A DNA stretch of 64,000 nucleotides from Pseudomonadota bacterium (GCA_018240295.1 JAFEGB010000326.1:94-64093); one strand, 5' to 3'. Positions 16,658 to 26,492 are shown, counted from the stretch's first letter. Translations and numbers: made by a program. Notes: a model not told the origin generated them from the letters alone.

Positions 16658-18703
16658 TCAAAACCGGTAATCCACCCCCGCATACACCGATCGCCCGTCG
16701 CCCGGCAGGAACTGCGCCGAGTCGCGACCGCGGGCGTCGGCGATGACGCCGGTGGTGGCGGCGTAGGTGGTGTTCGAGAGATTTCTGGCTTCGATGAACA
16801 GCGACAGCCCGGCGTTGCGGCCGCGCTTCGGCTGCCAGCCAGCCTTGAAACCCCAGATCGCATAATCGTCGGCATACAGCGTGTTGGCGAGATCGACCGG
16901 GTAGCGGTCCGGCGACCATTCGGCGGTCGGGCCGGCGTAGAAACCAGCGGCGGTTTCCCACAGCAGTTCGGTGCGCAATAACTGGCGCGGAATGCCGGCG
17001 AGGCGCTTATTGCCGTAGACCGGATCGCCATCGAAGCGGAAGTCGTTCAGCAGATAACTCGCACGCAGGTGCAAATCGGCACCGGGACGCAGTTCCAGCC
17101 CGAGTTCGAGGCCCTGGTGGATCGTGCGCCCGGCGTTGATCGTGCCGAGCGGGTTGCCGTTGCCGTCATTGAGGCCGAGCAGTTCGCCGTCGATGCGGGC
17201 GCGGTACAGCGAGACATCCCAGTTCGCCGGGCCGGCTTCGCCGCGGCTGCCGATCTCGAGCGTCCAGCCGGTCTGGGCATCAAGTTCCGGCGCGCCGGTG
17301 CCGCCGCGCAGTTCGCCGAAGCTCGGCGGTTCGACGCTGCGGCTGAGGTTCGTATAGAACTGCACGCCCGGCGTCGCCTGCCAGCGCAGGCCGAGCTTCG
17401 GGTTCAGTGAGCGCCAGGAATCGTCGTAGCTCTGGTCGCCATCACTGGGGAAGCGGTCGTCGATGCGGCGGCTGGCGATCGCGCCCTGCAGACCGGTGAC
17501 CAGCCACAGCCGGTCGATGACTTCGTGCTGGTTCTCGACGAAGGCTTCGAGATTCCAGGCCGTGCCTTCGTTGTGCGCGGTCGGGTTGCCGGTATGGCCG
17601 GCGAGGTTCACCCAGCGGTGATCGTCGAGCCGACCCCGGCTCGCCAGCACGCCGGCCGTCAGGCGGTTCGCCCGCCCGGCGAGTGGCGCTTCGAGCATGT
17701 GGATCAGGCTCAGGCCGGCGTCCTGCGATACCTGATGCAGCACCTGGAAGATCGGGTGGTGCAGGTCCTTGTGGACGAAATACGCGGCGAAGTCGGTGCG
17801 CGCGCCGTCCTTGACCAGCGTCAGCTGGTCGGCGATGCGGAACAGGTCGAAGTTGCGCTGCTGGTCGAGCGCGACGTTGCCGGCGGCGGCGGCCGTCGGG
17901 TCGCGGCGCATCTGCGCTTTGGTGAGGTTGCCCGGCAGTTCCGAGTTGCTGTTGACGGCGCCGATCCAGACGCGGTTCTCGACGCCGGCACCGAGCCGTT
18001 CGCCCCAGTTGCCGGACAGCCGCCAGGTTTCCTGTTCGGCGTGCTCGCGGAAGCCTTCCTGCGCGAAGCCCGAAATCGCCAGATAGCCGTCGCGCTGGCT
18101 GTCGGCGGCGCCGTAGCTCGCGAACGGCCGCAGATACCCATGGCTGCCGGCCTCGAAGTGCAGCCGGCTGCCGGCCCCGGCCGGGCTGCGAGCGGTGGGG
18201 CTGATGAAATTGACCGCGCCGCCGAGCGTCGCGGCACCGAAGCGCAGTGCGTTGGCGCCGCGCCAGACCTCGGTGTATTCGAGCGCCAGCGGGTCGAGCA
18301 CCTGGAAGTCGCCGCCGCCGTCGGCCTGGTTGACCGGTACGCCGTCCTGCAGCAGGCGGATGCCGCGCAGGTGGAAGGTGCGCTGCACGCCGGAGCCGCG
18401 GATCGACAGCCGGGATTCCTCGGCGCCGAAGCGCGGCTGCACGAACACGCCGGTTGCGAAGCCGAGGCTGTCCTGCAGCGTCGAACTGCGCCCGCGCTGC
18501 TCGTCGGCGGCCTCGACCACGCCGGCGCCGCCGGGCACGGTGGCGAGTTCGGCGCGGGCGGCGTCGATGTCGGGCACGGTCAGCGAGGCCGGGGCGCGGC
18601 CGGTGACGATGACCTCCAGCAGCGGGGTGTCGCCATCGGCGGCCAGCACGGGCAGGGTCAGCGTGGCGGCGGCGAGGCCGAGGCAGGGCAGGGGGCAGCG
18701 CAT
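16658..18703 (-). CDS. TonB-dependent outer-membrane receptor (substrate unknown; copper context)
   Basis: Track ORF 16658..19837(-) trimmed to the ATG at 18703 (MRCPLPCLGLAAATLTLPVLA signal). Plug domain motifs (LEVIVTG, RGSGVQRTFHLRGI, YTEVWRGANALRFG). Barrel ends in ...YAGVDYRF with a terminal Phe. Confidence 0.9.
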   Translation of the reverse strand: MRCPLPCLGLAAATLTLPVLAADGDTPLLEVIVTGRAPASLTVPDIDAARAELATVPGGAGVVEAADEQRGRSSTLQDSLGFATGVFVQPRFGAEESRLSIRGSGVQRTFHLRGIRLLQDGVPVNQADGGGDFQVLDPLALEYTEVWRGANALRFGAATLGGAVNFISPTARSPAGAGSRLHFEAGSHGYLRPFASYGAADSQRDGYLAISGFAQEGFREHAEQETWRLSGNWGERLGAGVENRVWIGAVNSNSELPGNLTKAQMRRDPTAAAAGNVALDQQRNFDLFRIADQLTLVKDGARTDFAAYFVHKDLHHPIFQVLHQVSQDAGLSLIHMLEAPLAGRANRLTAGVLASRGRLDDHRWVNLAGHTGNPTAHNEGTAWNLEAFVENQHEVIDRLWLVTGLQGAIASRRIDDRFPSDGDQSYDDSWRSLNPKLGLRWQATPGVQFYTNLSRSVEPPSFGELRGGTGAPELDAQTGWTLEIGSRGEAGPANWDVSLYRARIDGELLGLNDGNGNPLGTINAGRTIHQGLELGLELRPGADLHLRASYLLNDFRFDGDPVYGNKRLAGIPRQLLRTELLWETAAGFYAGPTAEWSPDRYPVDLANTLYADDYAIWGFKAGWQPKRGRNAGLSLFIEARNLSNTTYAATTGVIADARGRDSAQFLPGDGRSVYAGVDYRF

Positions 18704-19002
18704 GGGGAGGGTCCGTTCGGGCAGCGGCGGAGGCCCGGCATGCTCGTGCCGCCTGCGGGGAGCCGTCGCGTGACATGGTGTCGCAGGCGAGGCGTGCGCA
18801 GGCTTGCCGCGGGGTGGCCGATGCACAATCCGCGGTGCCGCAAAACCCTTGCACCGGCCGCTACTTGTCCGCAATCCGGCCGCATGGCTGCCGGCGATTG
18901 GTCCTTGCCGTCCGTCGCCTGCGACCGATGGTCGCAGGCGCTGCCGGCGGGCAGTGGGCGATGCCGACAATGGCGGTTCCCTCGTCTGCCGGAGTCGCGC
19001 CG

Positions 19003-19584
19003 ATGTCCCTGCCGAAGTCCTCGTCCCCTCGTAGCCTCCGTGCCGATCTCGCGCAGCGCCCGGCGAAATGGCGGTCGGCCTGCATGGCAGGCTGCGCGGC
19101 ATGGCTGATGTCCTTCGGTGCCTCGGCGCATGTGACGCTGGAGCGACTCGAAGCGCCGGCCGGCAGCCATTACAAGGCGGTGCTGCGCGTGCCGCACGGC
19201 TGCAGCGGCGCGGCAACCACCGGCGTGCGCGTGCGCATCCCGGACGGCGTGGTGTCGGTGAAGCCGCAGCCGAAACCGGGCTGGACGCTGGAGACCGAAC
19301 GCGGTCCGCTCGCCGAAGCCTACGAGAGCCACGGCCAGACCATCCGCGACGGCGTGCGCGAGGTACGCTGGCATGGCGGCGTCCTGCCCGATGAGCAGTT
19401 CGACGAATTCGCGATCCTGATGAAACTGCCGGCCGGGGCGGGACGCACGCTGGCGTTTGCGACCGTGCAGGATTGCATTGGCGGAGCCGTCGAACGCTGG
19501 ATCGGGTTGCCTGCTGCCGGCCAGTCCGCGCACGATCTGCCCCGGCCGGCGCCGCTGCTGCGCCTGACCGATCCCGTTCCCTGA
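19003..19584 (+). CDS. ycnI: YcnI-family (DUF1775) periplasmic copper-binding protein
   Basis: Track ORF 18775..19584(+) trimmed to the ATG at 19003 (GGAG 8 nt upstream); ATG 19084 is the alternative. The mature N-terminus HVTLE... followed by LRVPHGC is typical of YcnI. Confidence 0.8.
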   Translation: MSLPKSSSPRSLRADLAQRPAKWRSACMAGCAAWLMSFGASAHVTLERLEAPAGSHYKAVLRVPHGCSGAATTGVRVRIPDGVVSVKPQPKPGWTLETERGPLAEAYESHGQTIRDGVREVRWHGGVLPDEQFDEFAILMKLPAGAGRTLAFATVQDCIGGAVERWIGLPAAGQSAHDLPRPAPLLRLTDPVP

Positions 19585-19616
19585 CGGATGTTCCGTTTGC
19601 CTCCTGCCAGAAGCGC

Positions 19617-21248
19617 ATGCCCGATCGCCTGAAACCCGCCCTGCCGTTCCTGTATGCCCTGTGTCTTTGTGCCCTGCTGAGTCTCGTCGTGGCGGGGCGT
19701 GCCGAAGCGCATGCGGCGCTGCTCGCCAGCGATCCGCTCGACGGGGCGCAGCTGAGTCTCCAGCCGGCGGCGGTCGAACTGCGCTTCAACGAGCCGGTGC
19801 GGCCGCTGATGCTGCGCGTGCTCGATCGCAAGGGCACGACGATCGCGAGTCTTGCCGCCGGTGCCCCGGTTACGCAGAGCCTGCGCGTGACGCTGCCGGC
19901 CGGGGGCGATGGCGTCTATCTCGCGAGCTGGCGCGTGGCTTCGGCCGACGATCATCCGGTCGCCGGCAGCCTGAGCTGGCGGGTCGGCACGGCCGGGGCC
20001 GATACCGGTGCGCCGGTGGCGATCGCGGCAGGCGCGGTGTCGCCGCCGCTGGTGCTGCGGCTGCTGGCCGAGCTGACATTGCTGATCGCCGCCGGCGGCG
20101 CGCTGGCGCTGCCGTGGCTGCGGCCCGAAGGCAAGGCGCGGCTGCGCAGCGTGCGCGTCGTGCGCGTGGCGGCGCGCCTCGGGCTGGCGCTGCTGCTGCC
20201 GCGCCTGCTCGCCGAAGGCGCGGCGCTGGCCGGCACCTCCGACTGGTTCGAGGATGAAACCTATGCAGCCCTCGCCCACACCGCCTATCCGCTGGCCGCG
20301 GCGCTGGCGCTGCCCGGGCTGCTGGTGCTCGCCTGCCTGCCGAAAACCGGCGAATGGAAGCGGGGCTGGCTGCTCGCCGGTGCCGTGCCGGCGCTGCTGA
20401 GCTTCGGCGTCGGCGGCCATGCCGTGCACGCGCTCACCGGCGGCTGGCTGGCGCCGGTGCTGGTCGTGCATGCGGCGGCTGCGGCGATCTGGCTCGGCGC
20501 GCTGTGGCCGACCGAATACGCGCTGCGCAGCGTTGACCCGAAGATCGACGACCAGCGGCCGGCGCTGGCCGTGCTCGGGCGCTTCGCGCATCGCGGGCGC
20601 GAACTGCTCGGCGCACTGGCCGTGAGCGGCCTGCTGATCGCCTGCGTGCAGCTCGGTCCGCCGTCGCCGGCCTGGGGCAACACCTACGCCCGGCTGTTCA
20701 TGGCCAAGCTCGGACTCGCCCTCCTGCTGTTCGCGCTCGGCGCGCTGAACCGCTGGTGCTGGTTGCCGGCGCTCGCCCGCGGCCGGCGCCGGGCGGCGAG
20801 CCGGCTGCGGCTGAGCGTGCGCCTCTGCCGCGGCCTGCTGGTGGCGGTGGTCGCGCTCAGCGTCGCGCTCGGCACGACGATGCCGCCGCGGGCCGGGGCC
20901 GGAGCCGTGGCTCCACCGCCGGCAGCCCTCGTCGAGCGGCACTGGCCGAGCGCCTACGGACCCCGGCTCGGGCTGAACGTCGCGATGCAGGCCGGCCGGC
21001 CGGCGGCGACGCTGAGCGTCACCGGCCCCGACGATCAGCCGTTCACGATCCGCGAGGCCGTGCTGGTGCTCGAACGGCCCGAAGCCGGCATCGAGCCGCT
21101 GCGCCGGCGGCTGGACGAGCGGGCGCCGGGCCGGTACGGCAACGACGACCTGCTGCTGCCGATCGCCGGCCCCTGGCAGGGTTACGTCGAAATCTGGATC
21201 GACGACTTCTCGCTCGAACGCCAGCCGCTCGCCTTCACGCTGCCGTGA
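19617..21248 (+). CDS. CopC-CopD fusion protein (YcnJ-like copper transport/resistance)
   Basis: Track ORF 19473..21248(+) trimmed to the ATG at 19617. Signal peptide, then mature HAALLASDP (CopC N-terminal His). CopC fold motifs (VELRFNEPV, YLASWRVASADDHPVAG). About 8 CopD-type TM helices and a C-terminal periplasmic domain. Confidence 0.85.
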   Translation: MPDRLKPALPFLYALCLCALLSLVVAGRAEAHAALLASDPLDGAQLSLQPAAVELRFNEPVRPLMLRVLDRKGTTIASLAAGAPVTQSLRVTLPAGGDGVYLASWRVASADDHPVAGSLSWRVGTAGADTGAPVAIAAGAVSPPLVLRLLAELTLLIAAGGALALPWLRPEGKARLRSVRVVRVAARLGLALLLPRLLAEGAALAGTSDWFEDETYAALAHTAYPLAAALALPGLLVLACLPKTGEWKRGWLLAGAVPALLSFGVGGHAVHALTGGWLAPVLVVHAAAAAIWLGALWPTEYALRSVDPKIDDQRPALAVLGRFAHRGRELLGALAVSGLLIACVQLGPPSPAWGNTYARLFMAKLGLALLLFALGALNRWCWLPALARGRRRAASRLRLSVRLCRGLLVAVVALSVALGTTMPPRAGAGAVAPPPAALVERHWPSAYGPRLGLNVAMQAGRPAATLSVTGPDDQPFTIREAVLVLERPEAGIEPLRRRLDERAPGRYGNDDLLLPIAGPWQGYVEIWIDDFSLERQPLAFTLP

Positions 21249-21357
21249 GCATGGCACTGCGCGTTGCCCGCATTCCGGCCATGCCGTATTGCGGCTTGCC
21301 GGCGCCCGGACCGAGGTCCGACGATGCGCCCGATCCCGCCCGCCGCGAGCCGCCGCC

Positions 21358-22023
21358 ATGACGCAGCCGACCGATGCCCCTGCCTTGCCGACGCTGGACT
21401 GGTACTTCGATTACCTGTCGCCGTTCGCGTACTTCCAGCTCGAACGCTTCACGGCCGAACCGCCGCCGGGCGTGGTCCTGAGGCCGCAGCCGGTGCTGCT
21501 CGGCGCCTTGCTCGGGGCCTGCGGCGCGCGCGGCCCGGCCGAGATTCCGCTGATGCGCACGCTGACCTACCGCCACTGCCTGTGGCAGGCGCGTCGCGCC
21601 GGCCTGCCGTACCGGATGCCGCCGGCCCATCCCTTCAATCCGCTGCCGGCGCTGCGGCTGACGGTCGCGCTCGGTGCCGGCCCCGACACCGTGCGCACGG
21701 TGTTCCGGCATCTGTGGGCCGAGGGCCGGACGCTGGAGGGCGAGGACTGGCAGGCGCTGTGTGCGCGGCTCGGGCTGTCGGTGGCCGAGGCCGGGGCGCT
21801 GGCCGCGAGTCCGGCCGCGAAGGACGGCCTGCGCGAGCGCACCGAAGCGGCGATCGCGCGCGGCGTGTTCGGCGTGCCGTGCTCGATCGTCCACGGCGAA
21901 CTGTTCTGGGGCAACGACACCACCGGCATGCTGCTCGACTTCCTGGCCGATCCGGCGCTGTTCCGTGATGCGGAGATGCAGCGCGTCAGCACGCTGCCGG
22001 CCGCCATCCAGCGCAGGGCCTGA
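21358..22023 (+). CDS. 2-hydroxychromene-2-carboxylate isomerase family protein (DsbA-like thioredoxin fold)
   Basis: Track ORF 21289..22023(+) trimmed to the ATG at 21358. Motifs: LDWYFDYLSPFAYF, GVFGVPCSIVHGELFWGND. Confidence 0.75.
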   Translation: MTQPTDAPALPTLDWYFDYLSPFAYFQLERFTAEPPPGVVLRPQPVLLGALLGACGARGPAEIPLMRTLTYRHCLWQARRAGLPYRMPPAHPFNPLPALRLTVALGAGPDTVRTVFRHLWAEGRTLEGEDWQALCARLGLSVAEAGALAASPAAKDGLRERTEAAIARGVFGVPCSIVHGELFWGNDTTGMLLDFLADPALFRDAEMQRVSTLPAAIQRRA

Positions 22024-22025
22024 GC

Positions 22026-22463
22026 ATGGCGCGCATCGCACACGCCGAATTCGAGGAACTCTGCCGCGAGCACGTCCCCTTCGTCGGCTCGCTCGGCATC
22101 CGCGTCGAAACCCTGGACGCCGGCCGCTGCGTGCTGCGCGTGCCGTTTCGCGACGACTTCCTGCGCCCCGGCGGCACCGTGTCCGGTCCGATCCAGATGG
22201 CGCTTGCCGACATCGTCATGTACGGCGTCGTGCTGTCGCTGCTCGGACGCGTCGATCTGGCGGTGACCACCAACCTGACCTGCAACTTCCTGCGCCGCCC
22301 GAAGCCGGTCGACCTGATCGGCGATGGCCGCATCCTCAAGCTCGGCAAGCGCCTGGCGGTCGGCGAGGTGCTGCTGTATTCCGACGGCGAGACGGAACCG
22401 GTCGCACACGTGACCTGCACGTATTCGATTCCGCCGGGGGCCGGACAGCCCATCGCGAATTAG
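22026..22463 (+). CDS. PaaI-family hotdog-fold thioesterase
   Basis: 145 aa, starting 2 nt after the previous stop. Motifs: FVGSLGIRVETLDAGRCVLRVPF, PGGTVSGPIQMALAD, RILKLGKRLAVGEV. Confidence 0.8.
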   Translation: MARIAHAEFEELCREHVPFVGSLGIRVETLDAGRCVLRVPFRDDFLRPGGTVSGPIQMALADIVMYGVVLSLLGRVDLAVTTNLTCNFLRRPKPVDLIGDGRILKLGKRLAVGEVLLYSDGETEPVAHVTCTYSIPPGAGQPIAN

Positions 22464-22691
22464 CCCGCAAGCGTTGTTGCGTGCTCTTCAGGCTGACCGG
22501 TGTGTGCGTGAATGCCGGCGCGCGCAGGAATATCTCCGGCGCGGCCGGCGGGACGACGAAAGGCCGTACGCCGGGCATGCCGGACATCATGCAAATAATG
22601 CAGAAACCCTGCGCTCCGGGCCGTCGGTGACGGTGGATCGCAGGGTTCCGGCAGGAATCCTGAGTCGTTAAAAACTGCAGGATCAAATAGT

Positions 22692-22765
22692 TGGAGGCTA
22701 GGGTCGGAATCGAACCGGCGTCCACGGCTTTGCAGGCCGCTGCATGACCACTCTGCCACCTAGCC
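22692..22765 (-). tRNA. tRNA-Cys (GCA)
   Basis: Reverse complement GGCTAGGTGGCAGAGTGGTCATGCAGCGGCCTGCAAAGCCGTGGACGCCGGTTCGATTCCGACCCTAGCCTCCA. It shows a 7-bp acceptor stem, anticodon loop CTGCAAA, GTTCGATTC T-loop, U73 discriminator and an encoded CCA. Confidence 0.95.
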
Positions 22766-22854
22766 TTCGGCAATCAGGTAAGGGCTGCATTGCCATTACC
22801 GACTGATCCGAAAATCAAAAGGCCCCGAAGGAATCGAGGCCTCTGATCGAGAAC

Positions 22855-22930
<76 letters not shown>

Positions 22931-22982
22931 TCGACGTGGGGGCGCATTATAGGCCGCGAATCCGGATCGTCAAGCGCCGGAT

Positions 22983-23537
22983 TCATTTATTCAGCACGCG
23001 CCAGGCGGCGGCCAGATACACCAGCATCGACCACAGCGTCAGCACCGCCGCGATCACCAGCGCAACGATGCCGAGCGTGCGCGTCGGCAGCCCCCACAGC
23101 GGTTCGTGGTACAGCAGCAGCAGCAGTGCCAGCATCTGCAGCGCCGTCTTGACCTTGCCGACCGCCGACACCGCCACCGTCGCGCGACTGCCGATCTGCG
23201 CCATCCACTCGCGCAGCGCCGAGATCGCGATCTCGCGGCCGATGATGACCACGGCCGGCACGCCGATCCACGGCGTCGGATCGGCCTCGACCAGCAGCAC
23301 CAGCGCCGCGGCCACCATCAGCTTGTCGGCGACCGGATCGAGGAAGGCGCCGAAGTCCGAGATCTGGCCGAGGCGGCGCGCAAGCCAGCCGTCGAGCCAG
23401 TCGGTGATGGCGGCGGCGGCAAACAGCGCCGTGCAGATCACGTTCGCCGATTCGACCGGCAGGAAGAAGGCGGCGACGAACACCGGGACCATCGCGATGC
23501 GGGCGAGGGTCAGCCAGGTCGGCAGGGTCAGGTGCAT
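22983..23537 (-). CDS. pgsA: CDP-diacylglycerol--glycerol-3-phosphate 3-phosphatidyltransferase
   Basis: C-terminal 184 codons of track ORF 22983..24914(-), starting at the ATG at 23537 (MHLTLPTWLTLARI). CDP-alcohol phosphatidyltransferase motif DWLDGWLARRLGQISDFGAFLDPVADK. Confidence 0.95.
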   Translation of the reverse strand: MHLTLPTWLTLARIAMVPVFVAAFFLPVESANVICTALFAAAAITDWLDGWLARRLGQISDFGAFLDPVADKLMVAAALVLLVEADPTPWIGVPAVVIIGREIAISALREWMAQIGSRATVAVSAVGKVKTALQMLALLLLLYHEPLWGLPTRTLGIVALVIAAVLTLWSMLVYLAAAWRVLNK

Positions 23538-23551
23538 GGGGATCCTGGGAT

Positions 23552-25387
23552 TCAGCCGTCCGGGTGGAAGGCGTCGTAGATGCGCTGGGCGAGCGCCTTG
23601 CTGATGCCGGCGACGCCGGCGATGTCCTCGACGCCGGCACGGGCGAGCTGCTGCAGACCGCCGAACTGCTTGAGCAGCAGCTGACGCCGGCGCGGACCGA
23701 TGCCGGGGATCGCTTCGAGGGTCGAGGTCCGGCGCGCCTGCGCCCGGCGCTGCCGGTGGCCGGTGATCGCGAAGCGATGCGCTTCGTCGCGGATCTGCTG
23801 CACGAGGTGCAGCGCGGCGGATTCGGCCGGCAGTGTAAGAGGGCGGTCCTGACCGGACAAGTGAAGCACCTCCAGCCCCGGCCGGCGGTCCGGACCCTTG
23901 GCGATGCCGATGAGGTGCACGCCGTCGATGCCGAGTTCGGCCAGCACCTGCTCGGCCTGCGCGAGCTGGCCGCGGCCGCCGTCGATGAACAGGAGATCGG
24001 GCAGCGGCGCATCCTCGTCGCGCAGGCGCGTGTAGCGGCGGGTCAGCGCCTGATGCATCGCCGCGTAGTCGTCGCCGGGCGTGATGCCCTCGATGTTGTA
24101 GCGCCGGTAGTCGGACTTGCGCGGGCCTTCGCCATCGAACACCACGCAGGAGGCGACGGTCGCCTCGCCCTGGGTGTGGCTGATGTCGAAGCACTCCATG
24201 CGCTCGATCGCGGCATCGAGGCCGAGCGCATCCTGCAGCGCCTCGAAGCGCCGGCGCACGCCGGCGCGGCTGGCGATGTCGGCGGCGAGCGCGAGGGCCG
24301 CGTTGCGGTTTGCCATCTCCAGCCAGCGCGCGCGCTCGCCGCGCACGCGCATCGACAGCTGCACCTTGCGCCCGGCACGCTCGCCGAGCGCCTCGGCGAC
24401 GACGGCGGCCTCGTCCGGTTCGTGCGACAGCAGGATCTCGGCCGGCGGCGGATGGTTCAGGTAGTACTGCACGAGGAAGGCCGACAGCACCTGTCCCGGC
24501 GTCTGTTCCTCGGGCATGCGCGGGTAGAACGGCTTGTTGCCGAGGCTGCGGCCCTCGCGGAAGAAGAACACCTGCACGCAGGCCGCGCCGCCCTCGATCG
24601 CGACCGCGACCACGTCGAGATCGCCGCCTTCGGCCGCCGACACGTACTGGCGCTCCTGCACCTGACGCAGCATCGCGATGCGATCGCGAAGCTGCGCGGC
24701 TTCCTCGTAGCGCCAGTGCCCGGCCGCGACCTCCATGCGCGCGACCAACGCATCGATCAGCTCGCCGCTGCGGCCTTCGAGGAAGGCCACCACGTCGGCG
24801 ACATCGGCGGCGTATTCGGCGCGGCCGATCATTTCGGTGCACGGGCCGGAGCAGCGCCGGATCTGGTACTGCAGGCACGGGCGGCTGCGGTGCGCGAAGA
24901 AGCCGTCCTCGCACTGGCGCAGCCGGAACACACGCTGCAGCAGCGTCAGCGTCTCGCGCACCGCGGTCGCCGACGGATACGGCCCGAAGTAGCGCCCGGC
25001 CGCGCGCCGCGGACCGCGGTGGATCAGCAGCCGCGGATACGGGTGTGCGGTGAGCAGCAGGTACGGATAGCTCTTGTCGTCGCGCAGCAGGATGTTGTAG
25101 CGCGGCCGGAAGCGCTGGATCAGCGTGTGTTCGAGCAGCAGCGCCTCGGCTTCCGTGTGCGTGACCGTGACCTCGACGCCGGCGATCTGCGCGACCAGCG
25201 CGCGGGTCTTGGCCGAGTCGACGGTCTTGCGGAAGTAGCTCGCCACGCGGCGCTTCAGGTTGCGCGCCTTGCCGACGTACAGCACCTGACCCTCGACATC
25301 GAGCATGCGGTAGACGCCGGGCAGCGGGGTCAGCGTGCGCAGGAAGGCGCGGGCATCGAACGGAGCGGGGGCGGAGGGCTGGGTCAC
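23552..25387 (-). CDS. uvrC: Excinuclease ABC subunit C
   Basis: 611 aa with a GTG start. GIY-YIG domain (GVYRMLDVEGQVLYVGKARNLKRRV), UVR domain, endonuclease V-like domain, and a C-terminal (HhH)2 (IPGIGPRRRQLLLKQFG). Confidence 0.95.
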   Translation of the reverse strand: MTQPSAPAPFDARAFLRTLTPLPGVYRMLDVEGQVLYVGKARNLKRRVASYFRKTVDSAKTRALVAQIAGVEVTVTHTEAEALLLEHTLIQRFRPRYNILLRDDKSYPYLLLTAHPYPRLLIHRGPRRAAGRYFGPYPSATAVRETLTLLQRVFRLRQCEDGFFAHRSRPCLQYQIRRCSGPCTEMIGRAEYAADVADVVAFLEGRSGELIDALVARMEVAAGHWRYEEAAQLRDRIAMLRQVQERQYVSAAEGGDLDVVAVAIEGGAACVQVFFFREGRSLGNKPFYPRMPEEQTPGQVLSAFLVQYYLNHPPPAEILLSHEPDEAAVVAEALGERAGRKVQLSMRVRGERARWLEMANRNAALALAADIASRAGVRRRFEALQDALGLDAAIERMECFDISHTQGEATVASCVVFDGEGPRKSDYRRYNIEGITPGDDYAAMHQALTRRYTRLRDEDAPLPDLLFIDGGRGQLAQAEQVLAELGIDGVHLIGIAKGPDRRPGLEVLHLSGQDRPLTLPAESAALHLVQQIRDEAHRFAITGHRQRRAQARRTSTLEAIPGIGPRRRQLLLKQFGGLQQLARAGVEDIAGVAGISKALAQRIYDAFHPDG

Positions 25388-25445
25388 GGCGTCAGGGCTT
25401 TTTACACGGAATTATGGCAAATCGTGACAAATGTCTCATAACTAC

Positions 25446-25461
25446 AGGCACAACAAATGCT
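25446..25461 (+). promoter_or_regulatory. Candidate sigma-54 promoter (aGGCAC-N5-aTGCT) upstream of the PEP-CTERM gene
   Basis: AGGCACAACAAATGCT has the canonical GG-to-GC spacing (12 nt). It lies about 235 nt upstream of the ATG at 25695. Confidence 0.4.
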
Positions 25462-25694
25462 TAACATGATTGGCCTGTGATGTGCATGTAGGTGCTGGTC
25501 AGCCAGACAAGACAGGTTGGTCGGGTAGTCGCAGCCCGCCGGCCAGTGCCGCGGCGCAGAAGCCGGTCGGTCGAACAAGGATTCACACGGAAGCGACGAT
25601 GTTTTGAGGGGATGCGTTCCCTCACCATGATGGTACCCGTCCCTTTCTGCCCCGCCGCCCACGTTCTGCACGAACTTCGCGGAGGGGTTTCATC

Positions 25695-26492
25695 ATGATT
25701 TTCAAAGACCTGCGGTCCAGCGGGCCCTTGCTTGCGGGGGCGTTCGCGGTACTGCTCGGCCTGAGTGCGCCGGCTGCGGATGCGTCGGTCAGCTATTCGT
25801 TCACGACCACGACCGGCAATGCCGCGGCTCAGTCCTACCTCGCGCCCGGGGGGACTCCGGTGACCTTGTCGGCCTGGTCAAACGGTGGTGCCGGCGGCAC
25901 GATGGTACAGGGCAGCCTGTCCTTCTGGGGAAGTTCCGGTGTCGGTGTCAACAATGGCTTTGGCAGCAGCACCGATCCGAGTGAAGGCGTCAGCCCCGAG
26001 CACGCGATCGACAACAATGGTCTGACGGACGGTGTGCTGCTCAACTTCGGTGTCGGTAACCTGTTCAAGATGAACAGTTTTTCGATCGGCTGGTTCGATA
26101 GCGATGCCGACATCGTGGTTCTGGCCTACACCGGTGCCGGGACGCCTGCGCTGGGCAGTTCGACCCTGAGCGGCCTGCTGAGCAGCGGCTGGAGCGGCAA
26201 GAAATACAGCGATGTCAATAGCCTCGGCACCAATGTGGCTGTCAACACGGCGTTGTCGCTCAGTTCCCAGTACTGGCTGGTGCTGGCCTACAACTCTGCT
26301 TTCGCTGGTCTGAGTTCTGGGCTGGGATCCTCGTACGGGGCCGGAAATGACGCCTTCAAATTCAATGGGGTCACCGGTAATCTGACCAGCACATCCAGCA
26401 ACATCAGCGTACCGCTGCCGGCGACAACCGCGCTGCTCGGGGTTGGCGCGCTGGCCTTCTGGCGGCGACGTTATCAAAGGCAGAACAGCTGA
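25695..26492 (+). CDS. PEP-CTERM-anchored secreted protein (exosortase substrate, XDP-like)
   Basis: 265 aa. GGAGGGG Shine-Dalgarno. Signal peptide ...LSAPAADA. Gly/Ser/Thr/Asn-rich body. C-terminal sorting signal VPLPATTALLGVGALAFWRRR. Noticeably lower GC than its neighbours. Confidence 0.85.
   Translation: MIFKDLRSSGPLLAGAFAVLLGLSAPAADASVSYSFTTTTGNAAAQSYLAPGGTPVTLSAWSNGGAGGTMVQGSLSFWGSSGVGVNNGFGSSTDPSEGVSPEHAIDNNGLTDGVLLNFGVGNLFKMNSFSIGWFDSDADIVVLAYTGAGTPALGSSTLSGLLSSGWSGKKYSDVNSLGTNVAVNTALSLSSQYWLVLAYNSAFAGLSSGLGSSYGAGNDAFKFNGVTGNLTSTSSNISVPLPATTALLGVGALAFWRRRYQRQNS

Noticed and set aside
18704-19837. N-terminal extensions of track ORFs. Examples: receptor 16658..19837, tctA 45..1931, pgsA 22983..24914, exonuclease 45071..47143, puuA 11008..13686, cupredoxin 9943..10710.
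   Set aside because: The extensions are low-complexity and overlap neighbouring genes. Internal starts with Shine-Dalgarno sequences, signal peptides or family-typical N-termini exist. Starts remain the least certain part of the annotation.
22464-22691. A possible genomic-island junction or third tRNA (leuZ-like) downstream of tRNA-Cys.
   Set aside because: There is no integrase, no direct repeat of the tRNA 3' end and no cloverleaf-forming sequence in the 228-bp spacer. The uvrC-pgsA-tRNA-Gly-tRNA-Cys order is the ordinary conserved synteny seen in E. coli.
22766-22854. Hairpin-like sequence (aggcc...ggcct followed by T-rich tract on the minus strand) between tRNA-Gly and tRNA-Cys.
   Set aside because: The stem is only 4-5 bp with a large loop. 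The two tRNAs are probably co-transcribed and processed, so the evidence is insufficient for a terminator call.
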